In this document: piece after piece, positions 39,601-51,770 of the stretch
Numbering within the stretch: position 1 is the first letter of the stretch
How the letters are laid out: each line of letters begins with the position of its first letter
Assembly (NCBI GenBank): GCA_016748015.1
Contig: JAAOMT010000183.1
Coordinates: forward strand, 62,001-126,000
Reading direction: 5' to 3'
DNA: 64,000 nucleotides
DNA from: Geosiphon pyriformis uo1
Lineage: Eukaryota; Fungi; Glomeromycota
Program-made: the position numbers and the translations under genes
The notes under the pieces: model-generated
Told to the model about the DNA's origin: nothing
Seen by the model: the letters and a program-made list of their open reading frames with translations, nothing else
Database searches by the model: none

Positions 39601-41359
39601 TAGCTTATGCCAATAGAAGCTTAAGTCCAGCTGAAAAGAACTATGGAACTCCACCACTAGAACACTTAGCAATCTATTGGGCTGTTATTAAATAAAGAGA
39701 ATACTTGAGCCAAAAGTTTGAAATATATACAGATTACAAGAGATTGACTTCAATTCAGAAGCAAAAATTTGGAGATAATCACTATGCCAGATAGAAAATA
39801 GAACTTTCACTATTCAATTACACAGTACATTATAAAAAGAGAAAAGACAATAGAAATGCCAACAGTTTATTACAAATGAGACAAATCTAAAAACATTTCA
39901 CCAAAAATATAACAAAAAAAAATGAACACACAAAAATACCAACAACTCCAGCATTATATAAATACTCAATTGTTTAAGGAGAAATTATCTCAAAAAAAAC
40001 AAAATAATATAAAACAGCAATCAAAATATTTCATTAATCATCAAAATATACTTTACTGGAAAAACAGAAGAAATTCAGACCAACCAACCAGAGTAGTTAT
40101 GGAACCAGAAAAAGAAACAATATTGTTCAACATGCACTCAGATCTAACAGCAGGATATTTTCATAAAGAAGCAATCATAGAAAGAACCAAAAAAAGATAC
40201 TATTGGCCATCAATGTATCCAGATATTATCCAATATGTTCAAAATTGTGATGCTTGTTAGAGAAGAGGTAGAACAAGACCAAATAAACCATTAAGACCAA
40301 TCAAAGTGGGACAACTATTTGATTGAATTGGAATTAACTTAGTCAGACTACTAACAATCATTAGCAGAGACAACAGATATATTGCAGTAGCCATGGATTA
40401 TCTCACTAAATGGCCAGAAGCAAAAGCCATTCAAAGAATAGATGCAGAATCTGTTGCCAAATTTGTTCATCAAGATTTGATCTGTCGACACAGATGTTCA
40501 AAAGAACTATTATCAAACCAAGGAACTCACTTTGTGAACAGAACATTGACAGAATTAAGTCAAAGATTTGGAATTAAAAGACCTTTATCATCACCATACT
40601 ATTCACAAACAAATGGACTAGTAGAAAGATTTAACAGAACATTGTGTGAAGCAATTGCCAAAATCAGTCAAGAAAACCAAGACGAATAGGTTTTGGTTAT
40701 ACCATCAGTATTATTTGCTTATTGGACAATGAAACAAGATACTACACAAGTAACATCATTTGAATTAGTATATGGTAGAACAGCAACATTACCAATTAAG
40801 ATAGAGGTCAACACATATCCAACTGAACCAATAACAAAAGCTAATTTTCAAGAAACATTGTTAAGAAGAACATATGACCTAATGGAAACACTAAAAAACA
40901 GATGACAAAAAGCAACTGATAATATTCCAAAGTCTCAAGAAAAGCAAAAAGAACAACATAATAACCAATTACCAAATAAACCAGTTGAATTCAAGATTGA
41001 AGACAAAGTACTTTTACATCGTACCAAAGTGGAAAAACAATGGAGTGAAAAATTTGACCCCAAATGGAACAAACCATTTCACATAGAAGAAATTCTTGGA
41101 AATGGAGCTTATAAATTAAGATGGAACAACAAAATCTTAACCAAAGCAGTACATAGTAATTGACTGAAACCATATTACCAAATAGCATCATCATCCACTA
41201 ATAACATTTCACAATTGGGAGTACAACAAATACTAGTTCAACCAGATGAGATTCCACAAGATCTAGAACCAATTATAATTATTGGACCAAACACGTAAAA
41301 TCAAACAATAAAAGAGTATATAAAGACACAGTATATGTGACAAAGGCAACCAAGAAAAA

Positions 41360-41988
41360 ATGGAAATACCAGATCATATTTACACCATAGCTCAACAATT
41401 ATTCCAGGCCTTAAGTCAACCACTTTTAGACATGGAAATTATTATTAACAACCAAACAATTTGCTATCAAAACACTAAAAAAAAGACAAAGAATACACCA
41501 TATTAGTGGTTACCAAAGAATAATAAAAACTGGTCAGATAACATAATAGAAAAAGTAAAGAACACTTTTGGGAAAATACTTATTATGGCACCAACAGAAA
41601 AACTTATAAAAGAGAATTGGAAGCAATAGACAGAACAACTTCCAAAATCATACTGTTACTACCAGTTAGATTAAAAGTTGAATATTCAAGAGTTGTATAT
41701 TAACAAATCCAAGAGGATATTTAACCAAAACATAATACAGCAAATTGAAAAATTTATTGAGAAAAAGACGAACTTAACACTACATGTGAGAACAATTTAC
41801 TGACTGCACAACATATTTCAGAACTATCCAGAAATACTGGTACATTCTAACATGAAAACCATAACCATTAACCAATAGGGAAGAATGAACAATGTACAAG
41901 TAGAAGACATGAAAAATAAAATCGAACAAACAATACTAGAAAAAAAAGTATTAGAGCTAATTCAGAATAAAGATTTTGACAGAGGTTA
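41360..41988 (+). pseudogene. Extra 3' ORF of Gypsy 2, unknown function
   Basis: MEIPDHIYTIAQQLFQAL...KSYCYYQL...VRTIY.LHNIFQNYPEIL...NQ.GRMNNVQVEDMKNKIEQ, interrupted by stops and possibly a frameshift. Confidence 0.7.
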
Positions 41989-42009
41989 ATATTAAAAAGG
42001 AAAAGATAA

Positions 42010-42867
42010 TGTTACTCATAAAAAGAAAAACAGATATAGAAAAAATAGTAGACCAATAAGCAAATAGTATGTAGCACATGAGCATATTGTTTAGCAATAT
42101 AGAGCAATGATAGAAATTATGGCACATTGCTTAGCAATATGGAGCAATATGGAGCGATGTTAGAAAATGAGAGCACATCACTCAGCAATATGAACATTGC
42201 TCAAAAAATCATAGCACATCACTTGGGAATATAAGCAATCTCATAGAATATCAATTATGTATATAATAGCAGTAGTGTTAGAAGTAGAAAGAGCAGAATT
42301 TTTTAGTTAGAAATCTTCCATCCACAAATATTAAATAAATAAATCATTCACCATCTAAATTCACTTTCCACTATCAACATTTCATGTTGATAGTAATTGA
42401 TACTTAACTATGTTGGAACAATAGCTCTTGATCATGGCTATTGACGAGATACTAACTTGCACATTGTCTTGGCTTATTTCTTTATTTTTCTTTTATTTTC
42501 TTTCTTTCTTTGATTTTTTTGTTGTATACTAACTGATTAAGAATTGAAGTGCTGAGTAATTGACATCATGGATAGTCTGGTAAAAGACCCAGAAATAAGG
42601 GTAAAATTATATATATATTAATGGATAGCTTACCAGAAGGACATGACTGCCAAAATAAACCGGCCACCAAGCTAAAGACAAAAATTGGGAACACTACTCA
42701 CCAACCAATCATATTATCATTGAATCTCTGTCTATTATACAAAAGACTCCACTCTAAAAATCTTCAAATACAACCTCCATATCAATATTACCAGTATTGT
42801 CAAGATATTGAACACCAAGTTACGGATTTGTTATTTGATTTGAGACCCCAAATAATCATCTGTAACA
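42010..42867 (+). repeat. 3' LTR of Gypsy 2 (858 bp)
   Basis: TGTTACT...GTAACA, direct repeat of 32833-33620. Confidence 0.93.
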
Positions 42868-45800
42868 GCACCCTTTTCATAAAATGGTGTTTGACTATTT
42901 GGTTGTTGATAACGAGCTGGTTTTGGAGCCTAGTTTGGTTAAGTTTAAGGTTGATACAATTATGGAAAGTTGAACCCGGAAGTGTCAGACAGTCCCTAAT
43001 GTTTCTGATGATTGGTGTTATTAATATTAGTCTTTGGGACACATTTTTGATGGAGCTTTTTCTGGTGTGATGTGTTCAATTGATTTTGAGGAATTTTTTG
43101 GAGTGGTTTTTAATCTGCCTGATGGCAAAGCTGCTGGTCTTTTGGGTATCTCGAATAAGCTTTGGAAGCATTGTAATAAATCTATTCTAGATATGCTTTT
43201 GGTGCTTCTGAACTGTTGTTTGTCTGATGAATCTGTTTCCAATCCTTGGAAAGAAGTCTGGGTCTTGATGATTCTCAAACTATATGAGTGAGAGAGTGTT
43301 TTAACAAATACTTGTCTTATTGCTTTGATTAAAATGGCTTGCAAGATCCTCTCCAAGATCCTCTCTGATAGAATTTCCTCAGCTTGCAGCACTTTTGATG
43401 TTCTTTGTGGAGACAATTTTTGGTTTTGAAGGGTACAACAATTCAGTTTCTTATTTTTACAATTGGGTTGGTTATTGAGGATGCTTTGAAGAAAAACCAG
43501 GAGCTTTGGCTGGTTTTGCAAAACATGTGGAAAATGTATAATTCAGTTGGCTGTGATCATCTTAAGAAAAGCTTAGTCAGAACTAAAATGTGTAACAGAT
43601 TCATTCAATTTTTTGGTAATATTCATAGGAGTCATACCAACCGAGTCATAACAGATTTTGGTTTAACAGATGGTTATTGTGTGTATGATAGTTTGGACCA
43701 GAATGAAGTTTTTTCCCCCCTTTTGTGACATGTGTTTTATGATCCTCTGTTGTGTAAAGTCAAGCACCAGAAAAGTGTGTATGAATACAGGATCAACTCC
43801 CATTTTATTTCCAAGAGTGGTCATGTTGAATCTCAGGCTGGATTTTTCTTCTTTTTTGCTGCTAGTGCTTTTGTTGATGATACAATTTGGGTTGATAGCA
43901 GTCAGAATGCTACTCAACACATTCTTAATGTTGCTAGTGAATTTTTTCAGATCAATAACATTTCTATTAATAACAAAAAGATGGTGGCCATTCTCATCAA
44001 TAGCAGAATCAGTGATCCTTCTCTTTTTATAAGTGGCTCTCCCATTACTATTGCCAAAAAAGGGGAATCTTATCAGTATTTGGGTATTTTTCTTTTGACT
44101 GAGGATCTTTCAAAGCCTAATTTGGCTAAGGCACATTTAGATGTTCAATTTTTCACCAATTTGGTCCTAAAAAAAGCTGTGTTAGATAAGCAGTTCTTAT
44201 ATTTAATGTTAGCAATCCTTTACTCTATTGTCAGCTACAAGACACAGTTTAGCTTTGTTTCTATTGGTGTATACAACAAATGGAATGCTCTAATTTGTAA
44301 AGGCTTGGAGCTTAAGTCTGGTCTGCCACTCAACTTTCCTAGTGATACTATTCACCACTCTTTCTTTTATGGTTTGAAATCTTTTTTGCAAATTCAGTCT
44401 GAAAGTAAGATTGCTTCATTAGTTAGCTTTGTGAACTCTGGTGGAATTTTGGGTCAATTATTTTTTCACTGGTCTTATAATCTATAAATTCAGTGTTGGC
44501 ATCTTGTTTATCTATTGGTCTCTCCTGTTTGTACTTGTGTTTGTGTTTCTAATAATTTTCTGACAGACATGGTTCATATTCTTCTTGATTGTAATTTGTC
44601 TCTGGGTGGCTTCTTGGCCAGTTTTTTTTGGTTTCATAATGAAATGCCCATGTCTGCTGTTCTGGGTAAATCAAAGTTTATCAAATTTTTTCTTTCTCTT
44701 CAGTGATATAGTATTGCATATGTGGAGCAACTTTGTGATTATCATGGTGTTGTCTTTAATTGGTACACTTTTAAGTAGTGAAAAAGGTTGGACTCCTGTG
44801 GCTCTGTTCCAGATTAGTTCAAGTTGTCTGCTGTATTTCTCAATAATGTAACTTTCTCTTCAACTCGTTCCACAGCTCTGTGTGGTGCTGGTTCTTTGAA
44901 TATTCTTAATTCCAATGACTTTGTGTCTATTTACAATTGTCTTTCACAAGTTGATGCTAGTGTTTTATCTGTGTACACTGACAGATCCTTGAAAAATCTT
45001 GGCACAATCAACTATAGCATCAGTGCTGCTGTCTTCTTCGAGAACATTGGTTTGAGATTGGATGTTGGTATTATGGGTTTGATGTTTTCTACTCTAATGG
45101 AATTGCAGGTTATTGTGCTGGCTCTGGAGTGTGTTCCTTTGTTTAGTTCTGTTTGTTTATTTTTGGACAGTCAATCTGCTTTGGATGCTTACAAGTCGGA
45201 ATTGGGTCTGGCATGTCCTAACTTTTGTAATCAGTATTGGATTGAATGTCAACATATCTTTAATGTTATTCATAGTAAGAATTTAAGAGTCAGTTGGCAC
45301 AAGATGAAAGGTCACTCTGGTGTTTTAGGGAATAAGTGTGCCGACATGATTGCTAGTACCACTTCTCTTTTGGGTTGGTGTTTTCCTTCTCATGTGGATG
45401 AACATTTTATTGTGGCTGATGGTAATATGGTTTCTAGCAATTTTAGACACTTTGTTTGTGATATTTTTCATTCTGTTTGTTATGCATATTGGAAGGTTGG
45501 TTCTGGTTGTAAGTTTTTAGAGAACAGTCTGCTTTCTGAGATTAACTGGATATGCTCTTTATTGGTGTGGCATCTTGATTTGCACATGACTACTGGTTTT
45601 ACCAGCAGGCTTTCAGCCAATGCTTATACTTACTTCATGAAGGCTTTGTATTATTGTCTGCCTGTTGTTATTCAGAAGCACTTTTATAGTAGACTTTATC
45701 CCAGTGTATTGTGTTTATATTGCAGTGAAGTAGAGGTGTCAGATCATGTATTCTCTTGTAAGATTGACGAGTCTACCCACCATCAGTTATTGGACTTTCA

Positions 45801-46385
45801 TGTGAATTCTTGGAGAACACTTTCTGGTTCCACTCATGCTTCCTTGTGTGTGTTACAGCTGTTGTCATCTTGCTTTTCTGGTTCTTCTATGTCTATAGTG
45901 CTCTTCAAGAGTTTTGTTTTTGATGGTTGGTTCTGGAAGACCATCTCCATCTTCTGTAATTCCAAATTGGCTGGTTTGGAAATTGTTAAGTTTATGTGTT
46001 CTCTTAATTTAGCTTTTAGAAATAATGTATGGTTGGTTTGTGCTAAGCACTATGTCTATATAGAAAAGCATAGTTTGATTCTTTTTGATAATTTGGCTGT
46101 CATCTTAGTTTCTGGTTTGTCTTCAGGGTTTTCTGTTGGTGTGGTGAAACTGTTTGGTATGGCTAATGCTTTTGGTATATGTTTTGGTTTTCGCAAATCT
46201 TGTTTATTTTTCTCAGATTTTAGTGGTTTAGTCTCAGTTTACATAGCTGCATAGTGTTGTTTTAACTGGCCCAAGTGGCTGGTTACATGTAGAAAATGCA
46301 TGATTCATACCTAGTTTAGATCATTTCTTTGATGTATAATACTAGACTGTGTTTGGACCTCACTCATTAAATAAAGAAAAAAATA

Positions 46386-49300
46386 ATGTGATTAATAAGA
46401 AAATATCTGCCAAAAGATTAATCAGTTGTTTTTGAGATTTTAAGACTAGTAATACTATTAAATTCAATAATATTAACATAAAAAAAGAGTTTTTAATAAA
46501 AAAACCAGTATAAATTATGGCAAAAAGAATGCTTTAAATAGAAAAAACCTGAACTAAATACTAAAAAAAACCTAAATTAGTAATCAAGAAAGCATTAAAT
46601 ATATCTTTAAAAAAGATTAAGTTTCTAAGTAAGAATAAAAATAATGTTTTTTGAATGCTCTTATAGTTTTTTTTTTTTTAAAGAATTTAGTCAATGTATC
46701 TGTTAAGAAATTTTTTATTTTAAATATTAATTTAAATACTGTGATAAGAATTTTTTTTCAAAATAAGTTAAAAATAATTAAGAAATTGTTTTTTAGTATT
46801 AATAATTTTAAAAAAACTTCTACTTTTTTAAAATTTGTTGTAATTATTCATGTATTGTTTATTTTCAAATCAAGCTTGAAACAAATAATAGAAAAAACAA
46901 AAACTATAGACATTTTAGTAAATATCAATCTTAGAAAATTAGCTATATATTCAAATTGAGTTGTAATAGTCAAAGAAATTCCAGTAAAAATATTAATAAA
47001 GACTGTGTATATTGTATTATCTAAATTTGAGATGATTAAATTGATTAAAATACAATTAATAAGACTATGACAAAAAACAATTATTGAATTTGGACAATCA
47101 AATTATGCTGGTTTAGTCATAATAAAATAATATATTTTAATTAGAAAAAATAATGTACAGTTTACTAAGATTAATAAAAATAAAAAAACATAAAATACTA
47201 AAAACAATAATAGAATACTATTATATACTTTTTTTGTAAAAACAAATATACATAATTTCTGAAATTTTTTAGAGTTTATTAATAAAAAAACTTCTATTAT
47301 ATATTAGAATTCAGTAATATATGCTAAAACCAGATATGTTGTAGTGTGTTTTAAATTAAAATTTGTATTAGATACTACTATAAAAACAACACCAATGTTA
47401 AGAAATACTAATTTGTATTGGTTTTATTTGGGTTCAGCCAAATGTGTTAAGTATAAAAATTTAAGTTATATATTATTAAGTTGTGCTATTAGTAAGAAAG
47501 TTTTTCTTAGTAATTTGTCTTATAAAGTTTTTTCAGAAACAGATAAAGCAGACTGATAACTATTTATGCCAAAAAATAAGTTTTTATTATTTGTTAGTGT
47601 TCTTTAATAGTGTGTTTTAAGCAAAGATTGTTAATAGTTTTTTATTTTTCTCTTTTTATAAGCAAAATAATTTGTTAAAAGTTGGCTTTTTTTCAGAGAT
47701 AAAGTTTTTTCTACTGATTATATTGAATATTAATAATAGATTTGTAGTTTTTAAATGCAGTTTTACTGATTTTATAGAACAAATTAGTAAGTTAATAGAA
47801 AGATTAAATGTACTTAAGTCAATGTTTCCCAATTATGCCCTAGATATTAGTCATTAGTAACTTTTTTATTACAAGATCAAAAGATAAATATAGCAATGAA
47901 TAAAAATTTAAATATAATTACTAGTAACAAAACTATAACAAAAAAAATTTTTTTTTATCTTAAAATATTATTAAATTGAAAATAAGCATAAACAATTTGT
48001 TTAATATAGTTATAAGTCTGTTAATCAAAGTAGAAAATATTGGTTTAAGTTTAGATATTTTTTTCTATTAATGATTAATTTAATTAAAAAAGTTGCTATA
48101 TGTAATATTTAAAGTATTAATGTTCTTATTAAGCAGAAAAATATTGTTTATTAATATATAAATTCAAATAACATGATTTTTATTATTATAAAAACAAAAT
48201 TAAGGTTTAGTATTAAGTTATAGATTATAAATAAGTTTAATGAGGTCTGAATTTTTACATTTTGTTTGAATAAATGTTTTTTTGATGTTAAAATGACTAT
48301 TATTATGAACAGTTTTTTGACTTAACATGTTTTAAGAGTAAAGAAAATTTTTGGTTGAATTATTTCTGTCTGATTTTTGTTTAAAAATACTCTTTTAGTC
48401 ACAATTTTTGGTCTGTATACTGGTGTTTCTGTTAAAACCAAATTTGGTTAGGTGTTAAAAGTTAATTTTTTTATTGCCAAATTAGTTAATTTTAGCTTTT
48501 TTGTAGTTTTAAATGTAAATTTTAATAAAAATAGATTAAAAAAACATGCAAACTTTAGGTTCTGCTTGAATTTGGATTTAGTTAATTTCTTTAATAGCCA
48601 TTTATTAGTTAAAACTTTTATATAAAACAAATTTAAAACTATTAAAAAAATCATTGATTATATTTTTGTGAATAAAAATTTGTTATCTGTAATTGTTAAT
48701 TATAAAGTCTATTTTATATTTGAATTTTTTGATACTAATTATAAATATTTTGGTTTTGGTTAGTCTAAAAAATTTTTTAAATGTTTGTTTAAACAGCATG
48801 CACAAATAAGCTAACAAAAATTATTAGAAGTTTAAAATAAAAAAAGCAAATAAGTCCAAATAAACACATTTTAAGAAGTGGTTTTTTACTAAGCTTTTAT
48901 TAAAGTTAAGTAAATTTATGAATACTAAGAGTTTTAGTAATTTAAATATCATGTAAGAGATACTAAAAGAGGTAATAATAGATTTAATTAATGAAATGTT
49001 TTTTAAACATTAGTTTAGTAAAGTTGATTGCTTAAAAAACAAGCAATTTTCAAAGTTTTTCAAGTTAAAACTGTTGGTTTTTAAGATTGTTAAAAGATTA
49101 AGTTTAGATAATAAGTTTGAGTTTGATTGTTTTATCAAAACTTGGTTGTTTATTAACAGTACTAAGGCTTTAAAAGTTTGTATTATGATTTAAAATAGCA
49201 CTAAAACAATAAGTATTATTAAATATTTATTAATGATCAAAAAAATTTATAGAAAATTCAAATACTATAAGTTAAAGACTATTAAGAATATATTTATTAA

Positions 49301-51770
49301 AAAGACAATCAAAAAGCATATAAAAAATTTTGCTTTAACAAAAGACACATAATAAAAAGTATTTTAGAAAAACTTTTTTACAAAGTAGTTCTTAATTATT
49401 TAATAGTAAGAAAAAAGTTGATTTTAGAGCCAAGTAAAATAAAGCTTGAAATTAACAAAATTATAGAGAATTGAACAAAAAAGTAAATTGTGTCTTTGGT
49501 ATTACTTGATCTGTAGTTTCATTAATATACATTCTTAAAATATATAAATAATATTGTTTTTTAAATATAATAAAAGTAATTAGCATAGATAAATTGGTTC
49601 TGATAATTAAAAATCTGCTTAATAACAAAGCTACTAATTTGTTTAGTATATTTAATAGACTTTAAAAACATTGTAATAATATAATAATAAAGTGTTTTTT
49701 AATTCTATTAAACTTTTGTCTAATTTTTAAAAATGTTCTAATTGTTTAAAAAAAAACATGAATTTCAATAATTTTTAAGTTTTATAAATGGAATAGCATT
49801 TTAACAAATACTTAATCTATTGTATTAATTAAAACTGTTAAAAAAATTCTGTTCAAAATTTTTTCAAATTAAATTTCTTTGGTTTGTAACAAATTTGGTG
49901 TTCTTTAAAGTGATATTTTTTTGGTTTAAAAGATATTTCAACTTAATTTCCTGTGTTTGCTGTTGGTTTAGTAATTAAAAATGTTTTAAAAAAACAAAAA
50001 GCTCTAATTAATATTACAAAATATGCACAAAGCATATAATTTGGTTAGATAATATTATTTAAAGACTAATTTACTGTACATTAAAATATATGACTAATTT
50101 ATTAAATTTTTTGATAATATATATAGAGAAAGAATAAACAGAGTAATAACTAATTTTGGGTTTTTAGAAAGTTATAGAATACATAATAGACTAAATTAGA
50201 GTAAAGTTTTTTTGCTTCTTTTTTGAATAATTTTTTATAATTTTTTTTGGTATAAGATTAAGAAACATAATATTAAGTTTGTAACTAAAACTAACAAAGT
50301 AGAAAATATTAAGAGAAAATATTATTTTTTACAGCAAGTGTCTTTGTTAATAACATGATTTGGATTAAGAATAGTTAGACTACTATGCAATATATTTTGA
50401 ATATAACTAGCAAATTTTTTAGAATTAATAATATTTTAATTAATAATAAAAAAATAGTGGTTATTTTTATTAATTAAAATATAAGAATGACTTCTTTAAA
50501 GATTAGTAACTTACCAATTTAAATTGTTAAAAAGGGTAAACCATATAAATATTTAAGAATTTTTTTATCAACTAAAGAACTGTTAAAGCTAAATATAATT
50601 AAGACTTATTTTGATATCTGATTTTTTATTAATATGGTGCTAAAAAAAGCAATTATAGATAAACAATTTTTGTATTTGATGTTAACAATTTTGTAGCTTA
50701 TAGTTAATTATTATTTGCAGTTTATTTTTATTTTAGTAAATATATATTATAAATAAAATGTTATAATTAAGAAGAATCTTAAGTCAAAAGCCAATTTGCT
50801 ATAGGATTTTTTTAATAATGTTTTGCATGATTTTTTTTTGTATGGGTTGAAGACTTTTAAGTAAGTACAAATTAAGAAAAAATTGGCTGTGGTAATTGTT
50901 TTTTCTAATGCTACAAGTATTTTTAAATGGCTCTTTAATTACAGATTGCAAATTTTAGAGTAGGTTTTATTAAAATTTTTGCAGTATTCTGTCAGATTGC
51001 AGATTAATTCTGTAAACAATTTTTTGGCTAAGATAGTTGGACTGTTTTTGGAGAATAATTTGTCTTTGTTAAATAATTTGCTAAGTGTGTTTTATTATCT
51101 TAATAAATAAAAAAGATGCTATTATGGACTAAAAAATATTTTATAAATAAAAAAAGTTAGATCTAAAGAGACTAATGCCTTTTTAATTTAGATTAATATC
51201 AAATTTTTTGCATAATAATGGTTTTATTGATACCAATTTTGGCCAATTTAGTGGTTATGTGGTTTGAATATTTTGGAATCTAAAAAATTTCCTAAAGTTT
51301 AAATAAATGTTATTAAAGTATATATAAATAAGTTTTTGAATGGTTTAAATTCTATAGAAGTAATTAGTAAGACTGTTGTATACTTTTCAGCAATGAATAT
51401 AGGAATGTATATGAGTTTTTATTTTTTACAATAGTCAAATTACAGACAGTTGTTTTAGTTTTGGAATATATACCAGCTTTCTGTGCAGTAATTTTATACT
51501 TAAATAAACAAATAATTATTAATATATGTGTTTTTGAATTAAATTTTAATATATTAAACTTTTATAATTATTGCTGAGTAGAAAAAAGACATATTTTCAA
51601 TTTGATTAAAGATAAAAATTAAGAGTTATTTAAGAATTTCAGATAATAACAGAACTAATTTATTAACATAAAAAACTGTTTATTTTTTCTATTCCTTGCT
51701 AAATAATATATGTAAATATTTTATTATGGTTAAGAAAATGATAATATCTAAGATCTATCTGCTTTTATTT
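46386..51770 (+). mobile_element. Older, heavily AT-decayed LINE of the same clade (ORF1 plus most of ORF2, 3' truncated)
   Basis: Collinear similarity to the LINE above: ORF1 (VNVSVKKFFILNINL), endonuclease start (aaagttgctatatgtaatatt ~48090), RT and RNase H remnants with very many stops. Confidence 0.85.

Larger units (their letters stand above)
32833..42867 (+). mobile_element. Ty3/Gypsy LTR retrotransposon 2 (sister subfamily), full length, degenerate, dUTPase-bearing
   Basis: LTRs 32833-33620 and 42010-42867; TSD gcat/gcac; PBS TGGTGCTTCCTGTGAAG (33623-33639). Gag with CYYCGKQGHLQIDC (35401), protease LDSGSAG (~36118), dUTPase (~37670-38060), RT (decayed YLND ~39087), RNase H (TDASD, stop 39890), integrase 39922-41298, extra ORF 41360-41988, purine-rich PPT before the 3' LTR. 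Confidence 0.95.
19086..46384 (+). mobile_element. Full-length APE-type LINE with RNase H (~6.8 kb net), split by two Gypsy insertions; pieces 19086-20395, 30879-32832 and 42872-46384
   Basis: ORF1 from 19245 (RRM-like segments; knuckle CLICKNSGHTSLTC restored across the first insertion). ORF2 from ~31528: AP endonuclease (KVATCNIKG, SGDFNE, IDFIFVS), RT (AFVDD 43867-43881), RNase H (VYTDRS, LDSQSAL, KGHSGVLGNKCAD) and C-terminal CLYCSEVEVSDHVFSC. Stop at 46254, then 3' tail and A-tract. Frames join across both insertions (WSR|LLLALC; ILEH|PFHKMV). Confidence 0.92.

Noticed and set aside
41100-41300. Chromodomain at the integrase C-terminus
   Set aside because: After the GPF/SH3-like segment only a short tail ending EPIIII is present; no YLVKW-type motif.
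41360-41988. Classical retroviral env gene
   Set aside because: Too short, with no visible signal peptide, furin site or transmembrane anchor.
44824-46254. 476-aa ORF as a host RNase H gene
   Set aside because: Intronless, in frame with the LINE RT and followed by the LINE tail; it is the C-terminal part of ORF2.
46250-46384. Self-cleaving ribozyme in the 3' tail
   Set aside because: No hammerhead CUGANGA core or HDV-like pseudoknot could be identified by eye; kept only as a structured tail.
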